DNA from: Spizellomyces punctatus DAOM BR117
Taxonomy: Eukaryota
Length of the DNA stretch: 64,000 bases
Assembly (NCBI GenBank): GCA_000182565.2
Contig: KQ257466.1
Direction: 5' to 3' (one strand)
Shown: piece by piece, positions 51,283-64,000 of the stretch
Numbering within the stretch: position 1 is the first letter of the stretch
How the letters are laid out: each line of letters opens with the position of its first letter
The notes under the pieces: generated by a model
What the model saw: the letters and a program-made list of their open reading frames with translations, nothing else
Databases searched by the model: none
Told to the model about the DNA's origin: nothing
Position numbers and translations under genes: made by a program

Positions 51283-52059
51283 ATGGCTGAAGAACTCGCA
51301 CAATACCAATTTCAACTCGATCAGGTAGACGAAGCTATAGCCAAAGATCCAGACAATCCCGAACTGCACAAGCTGCGCGAAAACATTACCGAACTCATCA
51401 ATCTCTACAGCGAAGCCGTCAAACAACAGCAACAAACTGCTACGATAACTACAAGCGACAATAAGCGAAAGCGACCCGTCGGGGGATATGGGGAGGAAGC
51501 TGCGAAAAAAATATGCACGGTGGGTGCTACGGTTATGGCAAAGTTTTCCGGTGACGGCAAGTATTACGAGGCAGTCATAGATGCTGTTCTTGAGGAATCC
51601 ACAACGGCGGATGGCTCTTCAAAGTACATGGTCACATTCAAGGGATATGGAAACCAAGAAACAGTCATGTCATCCGATATACGACCTGTGTCTACCGCTA
51701 CCACATCCCAATCCGCCGCCAAAAAGCGTCCAATTGCACCACCGGTAACACCAGCAACAACAGCAGCAACCAACCCAGATGTGAACAAGAAGAAAAAGAA
51801 GTTCAAGTCCAAAGACGGTGCTAGCGTATCAAAGCGGGATAAGGAGCAGCTCGAGAAGCAAAAGGCATGGCTGTCGTTTGCGACAGGGGATAGTAAGAAG
51901 CGCAAAGCTTCTGTGGTCGCAGCCAAACCTCCATTAAAAAAGCCTAGTATTTTTGCTACTCCTGATGATCCAATGGCAAAGGTTGGCGTAATTGGGAGTG
52001 GGAAGCCTATGACGCAGTTCCAGCAAAGGGGGAAACACATCTTCATGCACGGAGAGTAG
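51283..52059 (+). CDS. SMNDC1: Survival motor neuron-related splicing factor 30 (Tudor domain)
   Basis: YQFQLDQVDEAIAKDPDNPELHKL, Tudor AKFSGDGKYYEAVI..VTFKGYGNQE, QKAWLSF, SIFATPDDPMAKVGVIGSGKPMT. Confidence 0.9.
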   Translation: MAEELAQYQFQLDQVDEAIAKDPDNPELHKLRENITELINLYSEAVKQQQQTATITTSDNKRKRPVGGYGEEAAKKICTVGATVMAKFSGDGKYYEAVIDAVLEESTTADGSSKYMVTFKGYGNQETVMSSDIRPVSTATTSQSAAKKRPIAPPVTPATTAATNPDVNKKKKKFKSKDGASVSKRDKEQLEKQKAWLSFATGDSKKRKASVVAAKPPLKKPSIFATPDDPMAKVGVIGSGKPMTQFQQRGKHIFMHGE

Positions 52060-52504
52060 AATTGATTCCGCCAATATACTGAACGGAGGATTGTGATTGC
52101 GCTGCACCTGCAGTGGCCATCCGAGCTGCTGGAGTAATTTTCTCGACGATTTTTCTGGTGAATTCTTGTAAGATTTTTCATTGTAACAAAAACTGATTTA
52201 TTATTGAGGAAAGAATGGTATAATAAGTAAACTGCATTGTACACTAGCCTTATAAGACACGGCTTTGATTTGTGCGGCCTTTGATGGATCCTGAGCGACT
52301 GCCTTCCCACCCGAAATGCCAGCTGCTCAACTTGCCAATTGCTTCATTTTCAATGGCTGTAACAAGTAAAGAGGAATGTGCTCAAGTTTGCAGTAACTTC
52401 GCATAGAGTAATCTACAATTATATTGGCGTACGCAAGCATATGATCCATCCCAACAGCAAAGCCACACCAGAGTCCACCTAGATTCTGTTTGTCACGTTT
52501 CCAC

Positions 52505-53427
52505 TCAGTGTGATTCAACAAAGTTCTATAGCAGAAGATGAAATGAGAACAAGGACATTTTTGGAAATTGCACAGACATTATACTGACCCTTTGTGCTTG
52601 TTTGGCCTTTTCCTTCATGTTCTCTACTTCGCGCCAACAGTCTAGAGGCCGTGATGGATTGTTTCTACAAAGGGCATGATTAGGCTATGTGGAACAGATA
52701 ATGCAGAAGTCAAAATAAGTACCTATAGCATGATACGACAGCGTCTTGCGCTGCCACACATTCTGGATCAACTTTTGTCTTTGGTGGACTGTCAAAGTCA
52801 CAAAGTAAAAAATTCCAGGTCTTCACATCTCATCATAAGCCATTTGAAAACCTACATCTTCTGCCTCTTTAGCAAATCCTCCACTTCCCTCCGAACCTGG
52901 TCTGCAGATCTTTGCTCATGCACCAACCGCTTCTGTTGATGAAGCTCAATCTCCCTTTCTACACGCTGCTTTACAATTTTGTCAATATCTGCTGACTCGA
53001 CTGCCGGTTGTTGGGACTGCTCGGGTGCGGACTTTCGGTTGGGTGGAACGGATTGTGCTCCGAGGGGCATGTGCGGCGGAGGTGGGGGAGTGGGAAGGCC
53101 GGAGAAGCGGGCAAGAACGGGCTTGTGCAGGAACACTTATTAGCACATTCAATAACGCAATCAACCCAATCTTGTAGATTATTGTTTATGCACAATGCCG
53201 ACTTACGTCTGGTGGTTGGCCTTCCAACTTTCGGAGGAGATTGGGAGAGAACTATGTGAACAAAGAAACAAAGCGCGCAACAGTCGATTGTTTAGCCTTG
53301 TTTCTCTACACTTTGCCCTCCGCGGACCATGGTTGACCAGCGGACAAGGAGATGAACATACCTGGATTGCCACATCAGGCTCATTGTATATTACAATAGG
53401 CTCCTTCTTTGAGGACTTGGCTCCCAT
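52505..53427 (-). CDS. MIC19: MICOS subunit Mic19-like (DUF1690/CHCH)
   Basis: Myristoylation-type start MGAKSSK, IQFSPNLL, coiled coil, C-terminal VVSCYRNNPSRPLDCWREVE; multi-exon. Confidence 0.8.
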
Positions 53428-53656
53428 CTTGTAGTCCTTGGGCAATCGTGTGCGCCTGGGTGATTTCTGTGTCAATGACATGAAGTGGACGAGATGTATT
53501 GTCATGGTAACAAGGATTCGATAGCCCGCAAAAGTGAAATTATAGACTGTTGCAAAATTGCTGCAACCAGGACTCGAACCCATTGGCCAGCAAGTGCTCT
53601 GCTAATGGCGATGAATCAGCACGCAACGGAAATAATATATTACTCTATGCCAAAAT

Positions 53657-55403
53657 TCAGTCATCATCAAAAAACCCATCGAAGAATCCACCTGCTCCAC
53701 TGCCCACTCCCGCCTCTTCATCCGAGATGAAAGGGCTCTCCCCCCATTGGTTTGTCTGAGAATCTGTTGGAGGTGGAGGTGGAGCGGGGGACGTCTGGCC
53801 TGACGCACCGCCTTGGGGTGCCTGTCCGGCAGCTCCCTCGTTTCCTCCCATACCGCCCATCATACCAAACGGAACAAAGACTCCGGTACCTGTTCCGCCG
53901 GCGCCCGCTGAAGGGGTAACGTCCCCTCCAGCGGTTGGAGCTGGCACACCGGAGCCGGTATTCTCCGCTTCACCCATACCTCCGAAGAAGGGTATTGGCA
54001 TGAAGCCACCACTAAGACAACATTGAGGTTAAATACATGTACACTGTGGGATGCAATGCTAAAAACGTACCCATGTGAAGAGTGTCTGCTAAAATAATCA
54101 ATATCAATGTTGACGGCGCAAGCTAGCATCACAGCGCGCTCATCCAGAGACAACGGGCGATCAACTCTTTCAACATCGTCCATATGAATCGCGTATGTAC
54201 CAGTATCTGTAAAGATCTGCCATTGACGTGGTCATCAGAAAGGTTTCCCTGACGCTTCGTTAACAGCCAGTTGCTTTATTATACCTCACGAGCAAAGCCC
54301 ACAAAATTGCGATTCACTTCACCGATCCGTATCCCGCTCTCGTCGAGTATATGAAAGTCCCATGCCCAAAAACCTGATAATGAACGCTTTAAAAATGCAA
54401 GCTATACGAGTTTCGCGGATAGATTGGTACCTGCATCTATCTGGGCAAATTGGCGGCGTTTCCAGAACAAGTCATACTTTCGGCGCCAGAGATGCCATAC
54501 TCTGAGAGGTGTTGCAATTGTTAGTCTCCCATGTAAGCAACCTACAGTGGTTATACATACTGTGTGACTTCACCAATGAGGTTGTCATCCGCGTCATGTA
54601 TCAATATCGTACTGTTAAGGAACCACTTCAACGGACGAGATACCTAAATGGGATTGGATGTCAGCTACTGACATGCAGTTACATGAGCAGTGAACACATA
54701 CTTTCAACACTACATTCCCACTTTGATCCAGGACCACTGCCTTGAAAGGCCGTCTGGTACGCAGAAACTGTCGAGCCAAAACACCAGAAAATGAGGTCTC
54801 CTCCTCTGCAATAAATCCAACATCTTGGCCATTGGCGTTCTTGATGGCGTACTTGTTTGCTTGTTCATACCCTATCACCCAGACACTAGTCATAATTTGA
54901 TCCTCCTTGATACAGACAATAACAGCGCGGCAAACGTACCAATAAGGACATTCATCATCTCAAGTTGCCTCGTCACCATCAAAGCAGGATGAGCCAACAC
55001 CGAATATGCACCCGACGCTTTCGTGAGGACCGCACCCTCTGGATCCCGCTCTGGTAAACGAACCGGGACGGTATTTTCTACCGTGGTTTGCAAAGCGCCC
55101 AGGGACAGATCTGGCTCAACTGCAGACGCGGGTTCATGTGTGGGTCGACGTATTGGAGGGCGAGGAATGGTGCGACGAGCAAAGCGGTCTGCAGATGCAG
55201 TTGAGAATGTACGCTGCCTGCTGATTGCTTGATATTCATTACTTACCTGAACTGAGACGAGCGCTATAACTCCGACATGAGGCCGACCACTTTGGTTGTG
55301 ATAGTGAAGCGCGTGGGATGGGTGTTCCAAACGCAGCTTTCAAGCTGAGAGGACCCAATAGCCTCATGGGTGAATGTCGATGAACGACTCTCAACGATTG
55401 CAT
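53657..55403 (-). CDS. AIM25: Phospholipid scramblase family protein, mitochondrial Aim25-like
   Basis: LMVTRQLEMMNVLIGYEQANKYAI, RQFLRTRRPF, WHLWRRKYDLF, LSLDERAVMLACAVNIDIDYFSRHS; presequence-like N-terminus. Confidence 0.88.
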
Positions 55404-55758
55404 CGTTTCTTCCAGCGTTGGTCGACCAATCTTCGGAAATGGAACTGTGGTCAAAATGTGACGTGTAAAGTTGAGTGAGTCAAAGCGTGGCTCTAGTGTG
55501 GCTGCGCATCAAGACTAACGGTGTTTTGCCATACGTCGAATAAAAAAATATTCCGAATTAAAGAAATATGAAAAATATAATTGGTATCGTTTAAGCATAC
55601 AATTACTACCATCTACCCCGACAACATTTTTTACTCAAGCAGCAATAAGCCAGGACACTCCCCGACATTTAACGCCCATGAGATATCCACCCTTTTTATT
55701 GATTTTCAACGGTTTTACTTTTTGTTGTATTTCCACTGTTCTTTTGCAGTGAATACTC

Positions 55759-57090
<1,332 letters not shown>

Positions 57091-57190
57091 GGCGAATGTG
57101 TGTGTTTACTGATATTAGGTGGAAAAGTAGAAAACGTAGGGTATGTGTTAAGCGATGGGAAGCAAGTTTGGGGGGGAAGACGATACACCC

Positions 57191-57198
57191 TTTTTATA
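57191..57198 (-). promoter_or_regulatory. TATA box of the actin gene
   Basis: TATAAAAAG on the minus strand about 100 bp upstream of the actin ATG. Confidence 0.55.
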
Positions 57199-59158
57199 AC
57201 AATCCCCTTTGCCTTTTGCAATGGGGCCCACGCTGTGCCTGAAAGGGTTGAAGCCACTTGAATTTTGCTTGGATTTCCCCTATGGAAATAGTCAATTTCT
57301 ATATATGGACTCATTGTTTACTCGCCACATGAGGCGCATTCAACGCGTTCTGGTCGCGATTGTTCGCGTTTAGGCTTCTGGACGTTTCCTTCTTTACCTT
57401 TGTTTCTTTCAACGATCTTGCTTCTTTTGCTGGGGACGCCTCCTTTTTTCCTTGGGCCCCCGCGGGAAAAACGCTTGCAAGAGCGGAACTTCTAGAAGCT
57501 TTGGATCATTATAGAACTCGCTATGCTTAAATTAACCTTAGATCGAACGCGCAGCTTAATGCACATCCAATGGGAAGGGTCTGCGCTATACAGTGCGTTC
57601 CGCTTCCCTTTCAACAATCACTTTCACTCTTTTAGGTTGGGCTGGGCCCGTGGAAGTCGATAGTTTTAACGATCCTTTTCTCCGTTTCGTTTGCCCAGCG
57701 GCAAGAAATGCAAACATTCCATACGTCTTCAATGCCAAAAGGCGCACGAAATTAAAAAGAAAGCCAAAAGAACAAGGTTAGCATCACGTGTCGAATGCTT
57801 TGGTTATCAGTTTCTGTATGAGGGTCTAGCTGACATGACATTCAACGTTGGGGGTTGAGCAAAACCAAGGTTCGTTGCCCAGACTAAGATGGGTGGGAAA
57901 AGATCAATGCTGACAGCGTCATCTGTACGTGTTTGGATCTCAACGTTCAAGGGACCAAAACCATCCAAAGCCCTGTCAGACCCGCAGTGTTGCTCCTAAG
58001 CTTGCAGACAAAATACTCTTGGCTGCCTTCCTTGCGTTCACCGCCTAACCCTCACCGCAATTTGCAATGGCACAGCTAACCCCAGTCAAAGGACAGTAGT
58101 TATGCGTCATCCTCTTTCGCATTCTTTTTCACAGTGCACCACCGCGGTCTCTCAAGTTCAATTGGAACTACAGGTGTATGGACGATTAACTGCTCGACGT
58201 TGCAATCAAGGTGGTGTACCCAGCAGGATAGCGCAAATATTCTTTCAATTTGGCGAGAATGTTACCGTTTGACTACTGCCTACTTACTGGTTTTAGGATT
58301 CAGTTGACTGTTTCGAATCAGCACAAAGTAGGTGAATTCTGTTTCGAATGTCTTCAGTTTTCATCTCTTTGGTTGAGGATGTCATGACCCCCACTGGTTC
58401 TGCAGCAGAAGGCGAGGGGACGTCGACAAGACGTTCGCCACAGTGGGCACTATCAATTGTTTATCATAAATTGGGATCTCCCGTAATGGTTTATGGGCGA
58501 GTGCGGAAGTCAACTCGAACTTCTTGGCCATTGCAAGTTGACAACGATGACGATGGAGTCATGCACCTTTTCACTGGAAGTATTAATATAAAACTCGCTC
58601 CAAACTTGACACTTTTTGTCATTGCTCAGTGAGGGTCTCTTCCGATCCTTGGCGTTGAATGACACATTCAAAAAAGTCAATTCAAAACTAAGGATTAGAA
58701 ATGACCTCATAGAGCAAACAAAGTACGCCAAAAACGTCCAAATACGCCAGAAATGCAAGCCCATGGATAGAAGACGGCCACCAAATAAAGGACAAGGATA
58801 GTCCAAGTCTTTAATGCTCCCGCTTGTCGTCTATTCGGTGTCACTTCTATGATGTGCTTTCAGGCGTATCGGATGAAGATGGGAGGGGAATGCATGAGGG
58901 AAGGCCTCCTTTTATATTCCACAGGCCTTGTCCAGTGGCGTATGGATCTCGTCCTAAAGAAGCGTCACAAAGAAAATGGGCCGAATATTTATCCACGTGA
59001 TCCTAATCAGATTACGGGAGCCCACATGGAAGGCACATGGCATGATCGGAGGGATTGCATAAGCACCCATGCGGTGCAATTTGAACGGCTTTTTAACACC
59101 TGTAATTTCATGCGTCGATAACAAGAAGAACGATCAAGGGTGAAACCTTTAGAAATTA

Positions 59159-61340
59159 TTAAGCCGATGATTGCTTGGAAGTTGCATGCCCTGCCCTAAC
59201 ACCAGATACCACATCGCCCCAAAGATGTCTAGCTTTGGCACTTCGGACTGCGTCTCCAAACCGAGCAATCCGTAGGGTGTTACTCAATCCGGGCCAAGGC
59301 GCATGGAAACCAGCACAGAACACAACAGGGTCTCCTTTCTGTAATCCCAATTCTTCTGCGGTTTTTAAAATGTCCCGTTCGGCTTGTGCGTAAATTTGGT
59401 CAGTGTTGGACACCAATAGCATTGTACCCGATTTTGTGGGCGATTGACCCGTCGGACTCGTCTTTGTTGGACTGGTATCCGCTTCAGGAGGTAGGCTTTT
59501 GGTTGAAACCGGGCCTTTTGACAGCAGAGACCGGATCTTGAGCACGGGTGTGAGAGTTGGGTACACGCCGTAATTGAGAACCAAGCGGCGATAGAGGGAA
59601 TAGCTGGACGTTACAGCTATAATAGGGCGATTAGGACGCCGTTTTGCGACATATATGGCCATGCTGCCTAGCGTTGTAAATACTATGATGGCGGAGGCAT
59701 TTGCTTCTTCTGCAGCAGCAACCGTCGCATCCGCGATCGGATACGCAAACTCTCCAGAGCCATCGTTGACACGGTTACCACGGTCACGGGCAGTAATGAC
59801 TTGAGGATGCATATACGTGTCTCCGTCTTCGGCCTGCTGGCAAACTCTCGCCATCTGAAGAGGCGAATGGTATCGTTATGGCGAGATTCAGAATAGGAAT
59901 GAAGTCGTTTCATACATACCATCTGGACTGTTTCAACGGGATATTTGCCAGTGGCACACTCTGCTGAAAGCATCACCGCATCTGTACCATCAAATACAGC
60001 ATTCGCAACATCGCTGACTTCTGCACGAGTTGGTACCGGAGAGTTGATCATGGTCTCCAACATTTGCGTGGCAGTAATGACTGGCTTGTCTATAAACAGA
60101 GAGTTATTTCCAGCGTCCTCCAAAGTGCTCATTTCATCTGCTCCTGCACTCACCGGCAGCATTAGCCTTTCGTATTAACATCTTTTGGATCACTGGGACT
60201 CTCTCCAGACTAATTTCCACACCCATATCCCCCCGTGCAACCATTATCCCGTCCCCAACCCTGATCAAATCATCAATAACATCCAACGCCTGCGGCTTTT
60301 CAATTTTGAGTATAATGTGCGGTCTCCAATTCTCCTCTAGCTCATCGACTTCTGCTTCAATGTCATCGTGAATTGGGTGGTGGCGGACACTGCCACGGCT
60401 GTTGGCCGACAACTGAGCATCGGAGTTCTTCCACTCTCCAAATAATCGTTTCAACTCCTCGACATCCTCCACTCTCTGAACAAAGGACATGGCAACGTAC
60501 TCTAGGCGCATTCGATAGGCGTACTGGGCATCTCTTTTGTCCTTGTCAGTTAGAGCTGCTACTCCCAATCGAATATCTGGTACGTTGATACCCTTGTGTG
60601 ATTTAAGTTCGCCGCCAACAAGAACGTCGCATTCCAATTCAGTGTCAGAGATGCGACGGGCTACGCGAAGTGTTAAATTTCCGTCGTCTAGAAGGATCCG
60701 ATGGCCATTCTCGAGTTGTTGAACGACCTCGGGGATCTTGGTCTGCAGAGGCCCTTCGTTAGAGGATACAATTCATAGGATATAAATGGCATAGCATACC
60801 GTGATGACACCATCAGTTCCTGGGCCAGATGAAACAACCAGGCGCACGGGACGACCCGGCGTAAGTTGAATAGTCGGCCCTGGTTTGAAATCATTGCAAC
60901 GGATCTTTGGTCCGCAGAGATCACCTGGGGAAGGAGATGATGAACCATGGACGTAATTAAAAGTCATTTGTTAGAACAAACCTAGAATAGCTACAGCGAT
61001 GTTGAGTTCATCGCTATGTTTCCGAATCTCCTCAATGATCGGTGTTTGCGTTTCAGGGTTTTCAATATGCGAAAAATTCAAACGAAACATGTTGACCCCT
61101 ACCAAAGAAGATTTATCAGTGCATCCATCAAAAATGTCTTATGTGTCATTTAGGCAACATACCGGCGAGAATCAATTCCTTAATCCTTGGGATGGAAGCT
61201 GGACCCAGTGTCCCAACAATCTTTGTCCTCCTCTTCTGCAAAGTCTTTTTCTTCATGGATGTTGCTTCGGCCGTACCCGCTGCTGCGAGAGAAGGGGTTG
61301 GACAGGGAGGAATGCTAACTGATGTAGGTGACATGGTCAT
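59159..61340 (-). CDS. Pyruvate kinase, bacterial-like with K+-independent signature
   Basis: [86 protein letters not shown]; spliced. Confidence 0.93.
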
Positions 61341-62344
61341 CAAAGCGTAGGGTTTGGAAGCCGTTTAAGCCAATAAGGTGTCCCTTGGACAGGAGCAACA
61401 AAGAGGGCTTCGCTGGGCGCCGGCTTATGTGTAAACGTTCAATAGCGCTCTCCGATACCTCGCGAAGGAAGAAGGAGCACGACCAATATAGCAGGATATT
61501 GCCAGTATTCCTGCCTGACGAGGAGGGCCAATATATATGGTTGGAATCCTGCTGTGCTGTTGGCGTCGCGCTCTGACGCGTTGATTACGTGGATCACTTT
61601 GGCAGTGGTCCTTTGCAAGCATAGCACACGCTGGCAAATGCACAAGACTATTGGTACAGCTTATTTTTTTTTGCGCAGAAGGACATCCGATCATCATTCT
61701 CGTTCATAGCAATGCATGGCATTGGTGCATCAGCATATTCAGCTAGCTGTTAATAACAGATCAGTTCATGGCACAAGAAACAACAGTCATTGAGTTCTCA
61801 TCCGTGGAATTTACACGACAGTCTCACCCATCTCCAGCTGCTGGATGCTGGACAGCCGACAATCGTCTCCCTTCCACACCAAGGTCTGATTCTTTTCCAA
61901 ACCACATAGGCAAGAGTCACGTAATGTATAGCGATGTTATTTGGAGCCAGGCATCAATGAAGATCCTGGACTGTTGCTCCACAGTTGGTAAACAACTTCT
62001 ACAGCTCTTCAGAGACATCTACCCGAAATCGAATATGAGCCAATTCCCACAGCGTCTGTCGCATCATTTTCCAAATTCCATTACGTTGCTTCCCAAACTG
62101 TCCGTTGTCGAGAACTCGGGATGTTCCGTGCTTAAGGCTCCCATGTGCAGCATCAACATTTGGAGAGTACACATGAACAACGACAAACCAAATATCCGCG
62201 CAAGTTTAAACCAGCTCAGTGCACCCCATCTCAAGATATCACGACGTTATATGTACTTTGGCCATTTGATGTTCGAACTCAATTGTGAGGTCCTAGTTTA
62301 AATGGATAAAGCAGCGTCAACTTCAACGAGAAAATGTTCCACAG

Positions 62345-62635
62345 AGAATCACTTCGCCTGCTTAGAATGGCCGAGTGGCGAAAGGTCGCCTCGCTCATTG
62401 ACTTGGTTTGGTTATTGGATTTGCCCTGTCCAGATAAAAACTGTCATTTAAACTTTGGATCATAACCAACGTTTTTAAATTTTGGTCTTGGCTCGGAGGG
62501 GCAAACCTTCCTGAGAGCCGAGGCTTCGCAGATGTTCACCACTGAAGCTTTTGACAGTGGACATGCCCATCGGGACGAGTAGTACTGACTTCGATGGCAT
62601 TTAGAGCGAAATTAGAGATCTCAACTTATTTTTTG
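62345..62635 (+). ncRNA. Candidate structured non-coding RNA of unknown family
   Basis: Five consecutive hairpins whose non-Watson-Crick pairs are G-U on the + strand, possible 5'/3' closing stem (ttcgc/gcgaa), followed by a T6 run. Confidence 0.4.
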
Positions 62636-62796
62636 ATCAACAACAAGAAGACAGAACAGAATAGTTTATCACAGAAAAACATAGTACAAACAAGGGTTCT
62701 AAAGGCAAACTTGCATACAGGATGAAAAACCAAAAAAAAAAACGGCTAGATAAGAGAAAAGTACTAGACAAAATAGTCCCGGACAGACCAAACAGC

Positions 62797-64000
62797 TCAA
62801 TGTCCCCGGTCCTTGTCGGCTCGCTTTGCCATCTCCACCAAAATCGGGTACTCGCCCGTCTCTTCACACATGCCACGAAACACTGCATCGGGGCCGGGCG
62901 GCTTGGTCATCAGCTCGTAAGGTGACCCGAATTCAGCAACAGTTCCCTGCGATAGAACAAGGATCTTATCGTAATCGGCTACAGTCCTGTGAGTTGTAAA
63001 CAAGGCACGTTACACACTTGTTGAATAACCAATGTTTTCCAATTGCTGGGATTCGTACCTCAACCGATGTGCAACACAAAGCAACGTCGCTCCTCGGAAC
63101 TCTGTACGAATCGTTTCCTGAATCCTTGCATCCGTTTCATGGTCTACACTCGCCGTTGCCTCATCCAACACAATAACTTTACAGCTTCGCAACAACGCTC
63201 GCGCAAGGCAAAGGAGCTGCCGCTGGCCTTGAGAAAAGTTTTGACCACCTTCACTTACAATGGTATCCAAGGTAAGGATGTTAGCAGAGCGATAGGATGC
63301 AAGCGAAGTGTTTGATGAACGCCTTCTCGTGGTACGGGTTTCAGAAGCAAGGGAATTGACAGACGCGCGCCGGGAAAGAGTTGGTGTCGGTGTTAAACTT
63401 TGGTGGCGGGAGGGAACCAAGGATCCTGTCCGATCTTGTACCAGGTTAGTAGTCAAGCTTGAACCGTCACAGCTAACTCCAGCTGCATCTCTACCGGGAA
63501 TGGACACTGCAGTAGCATGCGAATCTAAAAGATGCGCTCTACGCAACGCTGTCCATAGTTGCAAATCGGTGTGCTCAGAAAATGGATCAAGATTGGAGCG
63601 AACTGTCCCCGTGAATAGGATAGGGTCTTGCGGAATGATAGTCAACCGTGACCTAAGATCTTGCAATCCAATCTGCGATATGTCAATATCATCAACCAAT
63701 ATTCGTCCGCCAGAAGCTTCCAAAAATCGGAACAGAGCCAAGGACAGGGTAGATTTCCCTGCTCCAGTACGCCCTAAATAAAATGTATTCTAGCTATGTC
63801 CGAAAAGATCCAGAACAATCATTCCCTTCACGATACATACCAACAATTCCGACTTTCTCTCCTGCCTTGGCAATAAAGTTAACATGTCGAAGAACAGGAG
63901 TCAAATCAGCGGAATATCTAATCAAGCAAGATGTCATGAAAAAAGGGCTGCCGTACGATAACACCAGAGCGATAAACGTACCGAACAGTGAGATCTTGAA
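62797..64000 (-). CDS. ABCC/MRP-type ABC transporter, C-terminal NBD2 (gene starts beyond the window)
   Basis: [78 protein letters not shown]. Confidence 0.95.

Noticed and set aside
53498-53511. X-box (RFX)-like ATTGTCATGGTAAC
   Set aside because: Single imperfect match upstream of a mitochondrial gene; the ciliary genes here lack convincing X-boxes.
58045-58053. CCTAACCCT telomerase-template-like word (similar words near 1553 and 16024)
   Set aside because: A 9-mer is expected by chance in 64 kb, and I saw no supporting pseudoknot or telomeric array.
61768-62301. 177-aa ORF on +
   Set aside because: No recognisable motifs or splice structure; probably a chance ORF upstream of PK.
62366-62400. 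tRNA-Ser/Leu-like D-arm text (TGGCCGAGTGG)
   Set aside because: No T-arm (GTTCRA) or acceptor stem follows; better explained as part of a hairpin.

Overview
Gene-dense, intron-containing eukaryotic DNA with mostly 50-80 nt GT-AG introns. It most likely comes from a flagellated early-diverging fungus (chytrid): fungal-type genes (Nrd1/Mrn1, Mic19, Aim25, OSBP) sit beside flagellar genes (MDH1B-N-like, C20orf85/CIMIP1-like). About 27 protein-coding genes can be reconstructed by manual splicing, including actin, dUTPase, STRAP, SPF30, a GSI-like ligase, pyruvate kinase and a partial ABCC transporter. Highlights: (1) one spliced gene of about 2100 aa fuses a UvrD-type SF1A helicase, a Cas4/RecB-like Fe-S PD-(D/E)XK nuclease and a Upf1/Dna2-type SF1B helicase, a possible RecBCD-like bipolar machine in a single chain; (2) a NELF-A homologue, a pausing factor absent from yeasts, whose first intron is about 10 times normal length and highly structured; (3) a bacterial-type RING plus TerD-like protein; (4) a very divergent PCNA paralogue; (5) a five-hairpin candidate ncRNA at about 62.35-62.63 kb; (6) a betaPIX-like SH3-DH-PH GEF and a bacterial-type K+-independent pyruvate kinase. 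All family calls come from motif recognition by eye, with no database searches, and exon boundaries are manual.
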